Part shown: positions 24,846 to 35,892 of the stretch, piece after piece
Position numbering within the stretch: position 1 is the stretch's first letter
Layout: every line of letters begins with the position of its first letter
Assembly: GCA_964187785.1 (NCBI GenBank)
Contig: OZ076409.1
Coordinates: 70,992,001-71,056,000, forward strand
Source of the DNA: Amphiscolops sp. MND2022
Taxonomy: Eukaryota
Reading direction: 5' to 3'
DNA length: 64,000 bases
Notes under the pieces: generated by a model
Told to the model about the DNA's origin: nothing
The model's input: the letters and a program-made list of their open reading frames with translations, nothing else
Databases searched by the model: none
Program-made: the position numbers and the translations under genes

Positions 24846-27427
24846 GTGCCGGGATTTCTATTCGTTCAAGGATGTTGCGCGTGTGGGTAGGGCCCCTGGC
24901 GCGCTCTTTTATTTCGGGTACACCTACTCCAAATTCACGATGTGATTTCGACGATCTCGTAAACTAGCCACACGATTTGGCTGAAATTTGGCACACAGCT
25001 CCGTTGGAACATTGTAAGAACAAATCCCTACTGACGTTTTGCCCGCTAAACATTTTTTGTTGGTCAAAAATGCGATTTTCCGACAAAATTTTTGACTTTT
25101 TTTTCTTTTTCAACTCATATCTCGCCACAGGGTTACGCTAGCGCTTTGCAACCTATGATCCTTTTTTGTAGGGCATTGCATGTAGAACACGTATGCCAAA
25201 TTTGGTGGCGATCGGACTTAAACTCAGGGAGATATAACAATTTTTTAGGTGCATTTTTTGACATTTTTTGCTTTTGCTGATTTATCTTTGCCGTTTTTTG
25301 CCCAGATTTTTTTTGAGACACTCTCCTAAAGACCTCCCCTGGCCGGTTTACCTCCCAGCAAAACCATTTGGCCCTAAATACGAAGTTTCAGCGTTCTAGC
25401 ATTCCCGGGCGAAAAGTTGTGGGACTTAGAATAATTTTTTGGAAACGCAAAATGTGTAAAGTCAACTTCAGGCCTCCCAAAGTCAGGGAACTTCCACACA
25501 ACTAGGATTGCAAGTGGATGCATGTGGAAAGTACTGGGATAGACGAGAAAAATGAGCTATAGAACGACTCTGTAGCTTAACTTGACGTTGACTTATGACA
25601 ATTTTAGTGTGAGCTTGCTAAGGGGTCCGAAAGTCAAAAATTGAAAATTGAGTTATTCCAAAGCAAATACTCCTTTATATAGGCTAATTAGGTATCAGTA
25701 ACGTGAAACACGGTCGTACGGAGCGATTATTATCATAGGCGATACGGTTCGTTCAAAAAAATGTCCAAAAATTTTTTCTCTTTTTTCGTAGGTTTTTTGT
25801 CTAGGATTTTTTTCTTTGGTTTTTTCCTTAGGTTATAGGTGTAGGTTATAGATTAGGCTTTTTCTAAGGTCCTGTTTTGCTTTCCCTGTTCACTGCATAG
25901 TTTGTTTTTAGTGGCAGAAGAAGACGACGACGACCAAGCATACGAGTTTTTCTTTTTTTTCCTTGGGTTTTCTTCGGGTTAATGGCTATCCCGAAACCAG
26001 GTGCTCCTGCTCGAGGGCTTCTCGGGCGCTGGTTTCGTGTATGGGGCTTTCCCCCCCCAGTAGGTAACCTCTGCCCAAATTTTCAAACGTCCCTCGTAAT
26101 TCGCATTTTGCCGGTGTCTTTTTTTTACGGGCGTTTCGTCGAAAAAGATAGAATTTTTCTCGGAACCGGCAAAATCGGAAAATCAATCACAAAATAAACG
26201 ACGTCGAGAAATCAATCAGACTTAACGGCGTCCAGTTGCTACAAAGAAGAAGTACAGATTAACCATGCTTCAGTTTCAGGTGCCAATCAATCAAGCTCAA
26301 GATGTCTTTTTTTGTAACTTATTAAATAGTCCATAAAATTATGGAAATTAGGAAAATTTTCAAAGGTTGGTTTTTTTTTGAAATTTAATGCAACTTATTA
26401 ACATATGTGCCAAAGCTTTTGAAAGCATTAGGAGAAATCAATATAAAGTAAACCAATATGCAGTTTAACTGTTCTAACTTCCTTCAGTTTTAGTTCACAG
26501 ATGAAGATTCGCCGTAGCGATACGTAACGTTTTTTATCTAAATCGAATTTGCGGAGACTCAATCTGCCTATCGTTCGCACGGTCGTTATTGAGCATAAAT
26601 TACGCTCATTGAAAAAGTGCGTGATCAGCGTCGTTCAATTTTTACGTGTAATTATCATAGGTGCCCATATGTTAAATTGTAAGAATAGAGGTAATGGGTT
26701 TTCAAAATCCGGCTCATCAGAAGTTAGCTTGCGGCGTTATGCTGAAGGCCCTTCTGATGATGCTATGTCCCCCCTTTTTTAGTGGGTAACCTATGCCCAA
26801 ATTTTTTTCCAGCAATTTTTCCCAGCATTTTTGTTTTTTGTGAGTCTTAACCAAAATAATTTCTGATACATATTTTTGATTAAATATTACTTCTTAAAGT
26901 AGCTTTTCATTGAATGGTTTTAATACAATCAGAATTGTTTTTCCTTGTAAAGTTTTTTTGTAATATGAGTTTGTAACTGATGTACATGAGAATGAATTCC
27001 ACCAATAAAAGACTCGAAACCTCTTGTACTGTATGTTTGATGTATGTTTATTTTATACTGAGAGTCAAGTAGGACATTACGTCTCTCGATCAAATCATAG
27101 ATTTTCTTCGCTCTTTTATTTCGTTAATTGCTATTTTCCAAGTGGAACCGCTTCACACATTTGATTTTGCAAAGAAACATTGAACAAAGGTATTGTTTTA
27201 GCATATTTAGAATCAAAATTGAATTTTTCACGTTTGAAAGATTATAAGATTTACAAGTTCTCTGATTTTATCCATCGTCTAAAACTTGATTGACTCGATT
27301 TTGGTAATTGTTCCAGTGGCGCTTCAACTATTAATTCGATTTCATTAGCCAATTCGGTTGATCCGTATCAAATTTTAGTCCCAATGAGATACTGAAATGT
27401 TCAATTTCGTTTCATATTTTCAGGGAT

Positions 27428-30400
27428 ATGCCTCCAAGGAGAAATCGGAGTGTTAGAAACAAGTGCTCCCGGTGCCGTGTGTTTATCCCTCAGTCTTCGA
27501 CTTTGTGTGCCAGTTGTGCATCTTCCTCCGCCGAGGTAACTCATGACAACGAAGACAGCAGCAGTGTTTCTATACCCAACGAAGACAACCCTCGGAACAT
27601 AGTTTACCCTCCTCGTTGTACATTATGTGGATTACATGAACAGTCACAAGGCCAACTTTGTTGTTTTTGCTGTCCTGTTACTTTACCCGTTTGTACAGAT
27701 GCAGAATGTCAAAAGTGCCGAAGAATTACCTGTTCATCACTGAATTCAATTTCTATGGCAGATGTAAAGCAGACCGCGTTTGGTTGCCGATTACCGGGAG
27801 AAACATCTGATTTTGCAAGACTGTGCAACGAGTGTACTCATTACGCAACACATGGCTTCCGATCGCCATGGAGGAATATTTGGCCATGCGTCGTTTTAGA
27901 TTTCCTCAGTGGTAAATATAATGGAATTGCTGATGGAAAACCATTCCATAAAGTGTTGCCTACTTCTATTTTGGAACAATATCAACATCTGTTGCAGTTT
28001 AACACTGATGAAAAAGAGACTGTTTTTGCTGACCTGACACACAAACTGCTGGAATTCAAAAGTTTAAAACAAAACCTCAACATTGAAGGAGTGCAGAAAG
28101 CCCATAACAAGTACAGTTTTCCAGAAGTTCGCTGTCCTTTTGGTTGTACTGAGTTCGTTGGCGACACGGGATTAATACCCTTGCAATACTTTCTTCTGAC
28201 GTTAGACAAAAACTTTGCTTTTAACGGAATGAAGTGGAAAAGGCGATTACGTTGTGTTCGACCAGATTGGTTGACCCCATACAATCACAATGATGCCTTC
28301 AACGTAAGACCACACATTGTTGTCGACGAGAAACAAGGACTGTGTCTTGCAACCTGTAAATTCCACAACGGGGGATCGCACCAGTTTTTCGTCCATCCAC
28401 CTACAAATCCCACTGGCAGATTACCCTCGAAAAATGCAGATCGTCTTGGTCCAGCTACAGTTAGTTATAACTGCTACAAACCAAGCAAGCCCAATTTTTC
28501 CACTCACACCTTTTCAATGGGTGTGGCTAAGGGTAATTTCTCCGGAATTAGTTCGACCACAATTGCCTGTAAGCGAAGGTGGGATATCGCATTTGGTGAA
28601 GATGACGTCGTAAGAGAGTCTCTTTGTTCAAACAAACGACAGGATATAAAACCGCTGTTACAAAAACTTGTGCACAAAGGAGAGTTATCACAGAATCTCT
28701 TTGATAGCATTACATCAATTGAAGGTTTGCCTGACGATCAAACAATTCTGGAATGTTTGAAGACTGCTACATCCGTCCCTTTGGAGTTAGCTCTTGCATT
28801 AAAGAAAATTCAAGAAGAAGGATTAAATGTAAACTATTTTCCGGTATTCTCCCATCCTTTCACAAAATACGGATGTGATCCACCTGACACAGTTGTAAAC
28901 CAGTCAATGCCGAAATATTTATGGATTTATGCTGTAATGTTTGCTTTGAGTTGCAACTTCCATTTGTCTCTTTTGAAATTCATTTCAACAGATAGTGCCT
29001 TCAAAAATGTGTTCCATTTTATGCTGATTAATGATGGTAGACTGGCTGATAAAAAGAAACGAGAACTTGCAGAGTTCCTTCAACGTTATTCACAAGATCC
29101 TAGTTATGACATGGTTGACAGTTTGGAACAATTGCTAACAAACATATCTTTCGTCAAACACTTCAATGTAACTGACAGAGAAAGTGTTGAATCAATTTTG
29201 AAATCTCTGACCGATGACAAAATTGTAACTTTCATTACCAATGCAAGGAGAAGAGACGATGGTTACTTGCCGGATAGAGTGGTAACTACGAATGGGTCAA
29301 CATCATACGAACTACGATCAATTGCTGTCACTGAGGGCGGTAACGTAAAAACACTCGTTAGACATGGTAATGAATATAATTGTTGGTGGATATACTCTAC
29401 AGCTCATGAGACTCCATCAAAAATGGGTCTTGAAGATCTGGTGGAGATGAACAAATTTCATTCTAGTTGGTTGTCCTGCCATTACGAGATCATTGGTTCA
29501 GTTGACATGCAGAGAGAAAAATACCAGTACTTGGAATATTTAGGAGGCCAAGGACGATTCATTTGTGACGATCATCATGTCCCTCTTACAGTAGCCAGAA
29601 AAAATACTCCGACTCTTTGTTCGTTCAGTACCAGCTGTCAGCGAAAACCCGCTTGGAATTGCCCGTCGGAGAACTGCTTGTCGTCAGTCTGCCGTACTCA
29701 TTTCGCACAACACCAGCTTAGCAATGAACGTTTCTTTGTCAAATGCCCCACTTCAAATTGTGACGTTGTTCCTCCACATTCTGCTGAATGTTGTGATGAT
29801 GATGTAGTTGTTTCTGAACCCGAATCAGACTACGATGAATTTTCTTTTACAAATTTCACAACCGACACTGGTCATGTTGAAAATATGACAAATTGTTGTG
29901 CTACTGATTCTGGAGACATGCCGTCAGTCGTTGACAGTGTTGACACATCAATTCCTGCCCATATTTTGCTAAACACTGATTGTCATGTACTAGAAAGGAA
30001 GAACTACAGAATTGACTGTTCCAAAACAAGTTCTCGATTTTTACAAAACATTGTCGCAAGATCATCTGGTAACTCCATCCCTCTCATTTACCCTGACGCA
30101 GCACTCTTCCCTACACATTATTATCATGAACAGACGGACAATACTATTACTGGCGCTGTTCCGGCTCCTCTCTTTTGTGATAAACAGAGCAAACACTTTC
30201 TCTTTGCAAGCATTGAGGATCATAAGCGATCAGCTGTTCTGAACCCAAATCTTTTGCAATCAACCGACGTTAGAAGTATTCAGACATCTTTCGACACCGT
30301 GCTGAATAAACGTCTCACTTTTTCCGATACACGTTTGGTTCTCAATCGAGGATTCCAAGAAGTGACTGTGAAGACTTCCAAATCAATAACTCCAACTAAT

Positions 30401-33400
30401 CCAAAACTTCAATTTGATCATGCTGATTCTAGAGTACGCGTAAATGAATTGGCCGCATTGTTGTCTAAAGAACCTGCTACATTTTTTCTGACACTCACTT
30501 GTAACCAGAAATATCACTTTGGGGTAGCACCAATTTTTGAAGCTATTGAAAATCGATTCAACAGAAATAATAAACAAGAGTACGAGAGAGCAGTTCAAGC
30601 TGAGATGGTGCTACTAACAAGAGCTTGGTATAGATCAGCTGAAGCTTTAATGGAATGGATCGAAAAATCTCCCGACCAACCACTTGGAACTGTCACCAAA
30701 ATTTGGTATCGCTATGAGTTCCAGTCTACCAAAGGGAACTTACCGCACATTCATTGCGTCATATGGACAAAAGAAAGCAAAGCTGAATTACAACACAAGG
30801 TTTCATGCTCTGGATCATCAGCTTTATTCGAATTGAAAAAAATAGCAGCTGAAACAAATGTAATTAATAGTGATCAAGTTTTCGATTTGTGGACTCAACT
30901 GATGACAATCCAAACTCACTCCTGCGAAAAGGCAAACTATCGCTGTCACAAAATTGTCAAAGACGACGGGTCAACAATATGCAGAGTTCCCCGTTACCCG
31001 CATTCAAACCGATATTCCTGGAGAAAAGTCCCATCAAGCCATTCGGAAGAAGCATTGCAAGTTCTTCATTACCTTGACTTGGCCACACCCTCGAAGTCTC
31101 ATGACGATACCTTCGAAGTTTCAGAGAGTCTTCAAGGAGGCAAATTCGAATACCCAGCTTCAAGTGACGAGCACCTTTCCCCTTTTAACCCACTTGTTTT
31201 CATCATTACGATGTCTTCGCAAAACCTTCAATTGTGTGACGAATACTTATCTGCAAGGTATATTGCAAAATATGCAGCAGGGATCGAAGAACGAGCTGAT
31301 GCACGTGTTGATCCGGTTTCCTTCAATGAAATTAGAATTCACACTAAAGGAATTAATAATTCGAAAATTTCCAGTTGCCGTATCAAAGAAAAAAGTACAG
31401 ATAGAAAAACAATTGTTCAGATAATTCCTCTCGTTGAAACTGTTTGGTGGTTATTGAGTTTCAAATATGTTCACAGTTCTGTTTCCTTCGTTCATTTATC
31501 GACTCTTGAAAAGTCAGAACGAACGTCTTTCATCACACCCAGAAAAAATACAAACCCAACCCAGCCGTTACCTTTACATGTTACAAAAAGTTTCACTTTA
31601 CCACTGTCGCGCCAATTCACCCAATCACAGTTGTTGGTTTTAAAAGATTCTATGACAAGTGAGCATTCTAACTGCAAAATGACAGTTTTTAGCGGTAGGC
31701 CACCAGCGCTTTTGTGTGTTGATAACCCTCAACTGTATTTCACTTGGTTCAACAGAGTTAATATTCGGCATCCCCAGGATACATTGAATCATGATGTTAA
31801 CAATTCAAAATGGATAGACCTTTTCGGACGTGCTGTACACTTGAGACGTTGCTATCTTGATGACTTTTCCACTTATGTCAACAATCTCAGAAGAGAGGGA
31901 CATATCAACTTGTACCGATTCGATGAAGATACATCGATTTTGTTTCTACAAAACGACTGTTTGGGATTGAAAACAATAGACGATTCTCCAGTTCAAGTTG
32001 TGACATCAAACATTGTGCCAAATAATCGTCGAAAATTTTTGGTGCACTTTGTTCTATCTAACGGGAAGTTTGAGACAGAACCAGATCTATTCAATCATCC
32101 TAGCATGATGGAGGTTTTCATCAACTGCAAGTTACTGCCATCAAAAAGTTCTTATACACAACAAGATGCCTGTGATTTAGTGAAATTTTACGTTTTGTCG
32201 GAACTCAAATACCTTCCTGGGGCAAGCAGATCGTTCGATCGTCATTTGTTATGTTGTTACGACTTGATGACCAATCTTGTTCTTCATAACCAGATTCATT
32301 GCGAAGCTTTGCCCTCAACTCTTCATTCAGAAATAACCGAAAACGCTGAAATTGATTACATCCTCCACAGTAACGAAAAACGAGAGCGAAGTGTTCAAGG
32401 TTGCCTCTTAAATCCAGCTTTGATGCCATTGCAACCACACAAAGATTCTTTCGTCGCAGCCACCCGCAGTAACCCGTTTGTGTACAGTTTTCCGTTTCCT
32501 CGAGCTCCCGGACAGTCGGACGAATCAAACACTTTTCAACAACGTGTGTTCAACGGGTGCATTCAGAAATTGACTAACTTTATTGAAACAAAAGACGGTT
32601 TCGTAAAACATCAATTGTTTTTGGGGCGTCCGGGAAGCGGCAAAACACTCATCTGCACAATGATATATCTGGAAGCTGTGGCGAAAGGTCTCAATTGTGC
32701 AGTAACTTGTCTAAGTGGAGAGCGAGCCCAACAACTCGGTGGCGAACATGTCCACAAACTATTCAAGTTCAGAGTAAACAAAATACAGAATCCCGAAATA
32801 ATGGCTTCCCAGAGTTTGAAAAGTCTTCTCAAGGATGTCACAAGGTTCACTGAGCTGGAACGCCTTGACGTACTTTTTATTGATGAAGTGGGCCAGCTGA
32901 ATTCTGAATTGATGATAGCTATGGAAATTGTTCTACAATCTGTACGAGAAAACAAACTGCCAATGGGAGGAATCTTCACAATCCTAACAGGAGATCCGAA
33001 GCAATTGCGCCCTCCACAAGGATCATTGACATGGTTGTCACCGAAGATGCTGACAAATTTTGATTTCCACTACTTTAAACACTATGTTCGAGCAAAGCCT
33101 GGATTGTTGCGACAGATACTGACTAAATTAGATGAACTTGATATCAGCCCAATCGAAGCATCAAATATTGCAAAGGAAATTGTAGCCAATTGTAATATCC
33201 ATTCAACTTGGGACAATGTTGGTGACAACTTTGACATGCGTGTTTTCAGCACACGAGCCGCTGAAAAACAGGCTGTTACACATCATTTTGAAAAAATTCT
33301 GGCTGACCAAAGTTGTGTAAATGTTGTGTTAACTGCTAATGATGAAGTGAGTTCTACTGGTGCATCAATTTGGCGTCCGGCAGGTGACATTGAACAAAAA

Positions 33401-34411
33401 ATCATCGATTCCACATCCATCACTCCCCGACAACTGCTCTTGTATAAGAAAGCGCTTCTCAGATTTACAGCCAACCTCCCCAACATTCAGGCTAGGCAAG
33501 GACAATTGTGCCTAATTTTGGAAATACCAACCGAAACAGCATCTTCTCTGGACGTTTGGATTGCACCACCAGGTTGCCGGACCGTCACAAATTTCGACGA
33601 AAATAACCTCATTACATCTGGTTGGCGCAAAGTCTCTATTTCAAAAGTGTTTACACCTATAATGACTAACAACAACAAATTCCTAAGGAGATACTCTTTC
33701 CCTCTCAAGAACTATGTGGCATCCACTATTCACAAATGCATTGGTGACACGTTCCCAAAGATTGTTACCAAAGTTTCACTTACGGACAAACATTACAAAA
33801 TTTGGGAAAAAGAGCAACTTCTTGTGTTGTTGAGTAGAGTCAGTAAGCTCGACGACATAACGTTCGTAGGTGAAGAACACGAAATAGAATTAACTTTAAC
33901 TGCTGCCATTCAGCAAAAGTCCTGCTGGGGAACTTTCATCAATAACCTTCTGGAAAAATTGGCCTGTACTCCCTCTGACCTGACGCCGCCAACACTCAAC
34001 CTCCTTTCTTCAAATATTGTACCTTGGAACATTGTCTTACCCGAAGACAATGTAGGCTTTGTGTATCTTCTGGTAAGCACGAAGATTCCGAATGTTTATT
34101 TCATTGGAGAGGCTCTGGAAATTCGGCGAGAATTGAAAGTTATCAACTCTGGAAATGGCGCATCCGAAACACGCCCAATCGAACGAAGGCCATGGGCAAT
34201 CTTAGCATTTGCAACAGGTTTCAACACCGAAGATTCTTCCAGCAACAATACGCAAAGAAAATCGCTTGTATCGAAGATGAGAACGCAATTTACTTCCCTT
34301 GGATTAAACTTCACCACCGTGGAATTGTTTGAAACGTTCAAAGAATCAACGAGAACATATGCTGACGAACGTGATCTAAATTTGAGAGTTATCCAGTGTG
34401 GCAGTGTTTAG
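27428..34411 (+). CDS. Helitron-like RepHel transposase (2327 aa): Cys-rich N-terminus, HUH Y2 Rep, Pif1-like SF1B helicase, C-terminal GIY-YIG-like domain
   Basis: Uninterrupted ORF. HUH motif 1 FFLTLTCN (~30482), motif 2 YEFQ..GNLPHIHCVIW (~30710-30765), motif 3 YIAKY (~31259-31273). Helicase motifs: Walker A GRPGSGKT (~32624), Walker B FIDEVGQ (~32876), GDPKQLRP, ASTIHKCIGDT, VLLSRV. Many CxxC pairs at the N-terminus. Confidence 0.93.
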   Translation: MPPRRNRSVRNKCSRCRVFIPQSSTLCASCASSSAEVTHDNEDSSSVSIPNEDNPRNIVYPPRCTLCGLHEQSQGQLCCFCCPVTLPVCTDAECQKCRRITCSSLNSISMADVKQTAFGCRLPGETSDFARLCNECTHYATHGFRSPWRNIWPCVVLDFLSGKYNGIADGKPFHKVLPTSILEQYQHLLQFNTDEKETVFADLTHKLLEFKSLKQNLNIEGVQKAHNKYSFPEVRCPFGCTEFVGDTGLIPLQYFLLTLDKNFAFNGMKWKRRLRCVRPDWLTPYNHNDAFNVRPHIVVDEKQGLCLATCKFHNGGSHQFFVHPPTNPTGRLPSKNADRLGPATVSYNCYKPSKPNFSTHTFSMGVAKGNFSGISSTTIACKRRWDIAFGEDDVVRESLCSNKRQDIKPLLQKLVHKGELSQNLFDSITSIEGLPDDQTILECLKTATSVPLELALALKKIQEEGLNVNYFPVFSHPFTKYGCDPPDTVVNQSMPKYLWIYAVMFALSCNFHLSLLKFISTDSAFKNVFHFMLINDGRLADKKKRELAEFLQRYSQDPSYDMVDSLEQLLTNISFVKHFNVTDRESVESILKSLTDDKIVTFITNARRRDDGYLPDRVVTTNGSTSYELRSIAVTEGGNVKTLVRHGNEYNCWWIYSTAHETPSKMGLEDLVEMNKFHSSWLSCHYEIIGSVDMQREKYQYLEYLGGQGRFICDDHHVPLTVARKNTPTLCSFSTSCQRKPAWNCPSENCLSSVCRTHFAQHQLSNERFFVKCPTSNCDVVPPHSAECCDDDVVVSEPESDYDEFSFTNFTTDTGHVENMTNCCATDSGDMPSVVDSVDTSIPAHILLNTDCHVLERKNYRIDCSKTSSRFLQNIVARSSGNSIPLIYPDAALFPTHYYHEQTDNTITGAVPAPLFCDKQSKHFLFASIEDHKRSAVLNPNLLQSTDVRSIQTSFDTVLNKRLTFSDTRLVLNRGFQEVTVKTSKSITPTNPKLQFDHADSRVRVNELAALLSKEPATFFLTLTCNQKYHFGVAPIFEAIENRFNRNNKQEYERAVQAEMVLLTRAWYRSAEALMEWIEKSPDQPLGTVTKIWYRYEFQSTKGNLPHIHCVIWTKESKAELQHKVSCSGSSALFELKKIAAETNVINSDQVFDLWTQLMTIQTHSCEKANYRCHKIVKDDGSTICRVPRYPHSNRYSWRKVPSSHSEEALQVLHYLDLATPSKSHDDTFEVSESLQGGKFEYPASSDEHLSPFNPLVFIITMSSQNLQLCDEYLSARYIAKYAAGIEERADARVDPVSFNEIRIHTKGINNSKISSCRIKEKSTDRKTIVQIIPLVETVWWLLSFKYVHSSVSFVHLSTLEKSERTSFITPRKNTNPTQPLPLHVTKSFTLPLSRQFTQSQLLVLKDSMTSEHSNCKMTVFSGRPPALLCVDNPQLYFTWFNRVNIRHPQDTLNHDVNNSKWIDLFGRAVHLRRCYLDDFSTYVNNLRREGHINLYRFDEDTSILFLQNDCLGLKTIDDSPVQVVTSNIVPNNRRKFLVHFVLSNGKFETEPDLFNHPSMMEVFINCKLLPSKSSYTQQDACDLVKFYVLSELKYLPGASRSFDRHLLCCYDLMTNLVLHNQIHCEALPSTLHSEITENAEIDYILHSNEKRERSVQGCLLNPALMPLQPHKDSFVAATRSNPFVYSFPFPRAPGQSDESNTFQQRVFNGCIQKLTNFIETKDGFVKHQLFLGRPGSGKTLICTMIYLEAVAKGLNCAVTCLSGERAQQLGGEHVHKLFKFRVNKIQNPEIMASQSLKSLLKDVTRFTELERLDVLFIDEVGQLNSELMIAMEIVLQSVRENKLPMGGIFTILTGDPKQLRPPQGSLTWLSPKMLTNFDFHYFKHYVRAKPGLLRQILTKLDELDISPIEASNIAKEIVANCNIHSTWDNVGDNFDMRVFSTRAAEKQAVTHHFEKILADQSCVNVVLTANDEVSSTGASIWRPAGDIEQKIIDSTSITPRQLLLYKKALLRFTANLPNIQARQGQLCLILEIPTETASSLDVWIAPPGCRTVTNFDENNLITSGWRKVSISKVFTPIMTNNNKFLRRYSFPLKNYVASTIHKCIGDTFPKIVTKVSLTDKHYKIWEKEQLLVLLSRVSKLDDITFVGEEHEIELTLTAAIQQKSCWGTFINNLLEKLACTPSDLTPPTLNLLSSNIVPWNIVLPEDNVGFVYLLVSTKIPNVYFIGEALEIRRELKVINSGNGASETRPIERRPWAILAFATGFNTEDSSSNNTQRKSLVSKMRTQFTSLGLNFTTVELFETFKESTRTYADERDLNLRVIQCGSV

Positions 34412-34480
34412 TTCATTTGGGTTTACAAATATTACACTGTAGAAGTCTCTGAGAATGGACGATAGATGAAGCATGTGAGG

Positions 34481-34511
34481 TTGCCCCGGCCACGCAGTGA
34501 GCCGAGGGCAA
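34481..34511 (+). other. GC-rich hairpin downstream of the RepHel stop codon
   Basis: TTGCCC-CGGC-CAC-gca-GTG-a-GCCG-a-GGGCAA in an AT-rich context. Confidence 0.7.
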
Positions 34512-34970
34512 GCTTTATTCAAACTATAGATGAACATCCTTTTTTGTTGAAAAGTTCTTTGATTATACTTTGCCTTTGCTCATTTTTTCAACGTTCCTTT
34601 GTAAATATATACTGATAAAATTGTCACCCGTTGATAATATTACCAGTTGACACTGAAGTTGACACCAGTCAAGAAAAAAAATAATTATCTGACTGGAACA
34701 AAAAAAGACAAAAAAACAAGATGGCAAGATTGTTGAAACAGTTCAATTCTTCAACTTCGATAATCTTTTCCTTAACATATTTTTACCATCACGTGGAGGG
34801 AAATAGAAAAACATTTCTACAGTTAATTAGTTCGAAAGAGAAAAATTAGACAGTATTTAGACGCAGTAGTGATGTTGTACATCGAAAGAAATGAAAATGT
34901 GTCGAGAAACATAACTTTATTGTGTTTTTAGATAGCTTTGTCTTCAATCGAGACTGAAACAAGATTCAAA

Positions 34971-35892
34971 ATGCCCATCATTAATAAAGATTTGTCGGCA
35001 GATGAGGCAGCCACCAGAACAATCAGTAAATTAACAACGTGTGAACTCGATGAAGTGATGGAATCTAATGCAACGGATCGGAAGTACATGATTTGTACAT
35101 TGCTTTACGCCAAAAAATGTGTGAAATCAGTATCGTATTTTAAACTAACGAATGGACAAAAGCAAAAACAGGAGGCTACATTTAACCGTTTTGTCCTTCT
35201 GGGAGTGATCGGAAAAGAGAAAGTAATGGCAATATTTACCTACACCCAACTAGAAAGCGCGGAGTTGTTGCGTTACTGTTCTGCATTACAACCAGGAAAT
35301 GCGTGCGCCTTAATACGCCCTAAATTCGATAACAAGTATATGGGATCATCATCCACTACCCCAATCATACTAACTTCTGAGCCACTTGTGCCTCTGAACA
35401 TCAAGAATTACCCTGATGTCAGCTGTCCAAGAATTGTATCATCACCGGACTTTCAACATTTCTACATGAAAACGAAAGATTTGAAGCTCGATAATATAGA
35501 TGCCATTGGAAACGTGTGCAATGGGACCTTCTGCGATGGTCAACCGAAGGGCGACTGTCCTTGTTTAGAGGTCGACAACCGGAAAAGCAGCTGGATCATT
35601 ACTGCGGATGTGAAATGCAGTGGATTGTATCACTCATCAAAAATACGATCAAAACGATTGATAACGGTATTCGCTCCCAAATGTAAGTCGGCGGACCCTA
35701 ACAAAAGAGAATTTGATGTCCTTGATTTGGGCGATTGTATTGAAAACTGTGTTGAAGCAGTAAATGCCAAGAATGGATGGGAAATTTTCGGTTGGGTGAA
35801 ACCAAACGAATCTGCTCTAGAGTTTACAAACTATGAATGCGACCTACACATTATACATCTTCAACCTATCGAAATTACAGATGTAGAGTCAG
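34971..35892 (+). CDS. Second element gene, exon 1 (possible RPA-like OB-fold/zinc ssDNA-binding protein)
   Basis: Lies in ORF 34938-35948; first ATG at 34971 (caaaATG). Cys cluster CNGTFC-x7-CPC in a beta-rich sequence. Phase-1 donor G|GTAAAC at 35892/35893, after which the sequence becomes AT-rich and intron-like. Product assignment is inference only. Confidence 0.65.

Noticed and set aside
16..24945. Dozens of recurring 60-136 aa ORFs in the repeat units (also 37790-63866)
   Set aside because: They recur only because the DNA repeats. They overlap on both strands, often use non-ATG starts, are broken by homopolymer indels and stops between copies, and show no recognisable domains.
25982..26782. 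ORFs 25982-26197 and 26549-26782 as additional element genes
   Set aside because: Short, with no recognisable features and no convincing splice model.
27982..34341. Short alternative-frame and antisense ORFs inside RepHel
   Set aside because: Expected shadows of a long coding sequence; no motifs.
34655..34668. 13-bp reverse-complement match (AAGTTGACACCAG) to the long-unit hairpin arm
   Set aside because: A match of this length between 12-kb and 2-kb sequences is roughly expected by chance.
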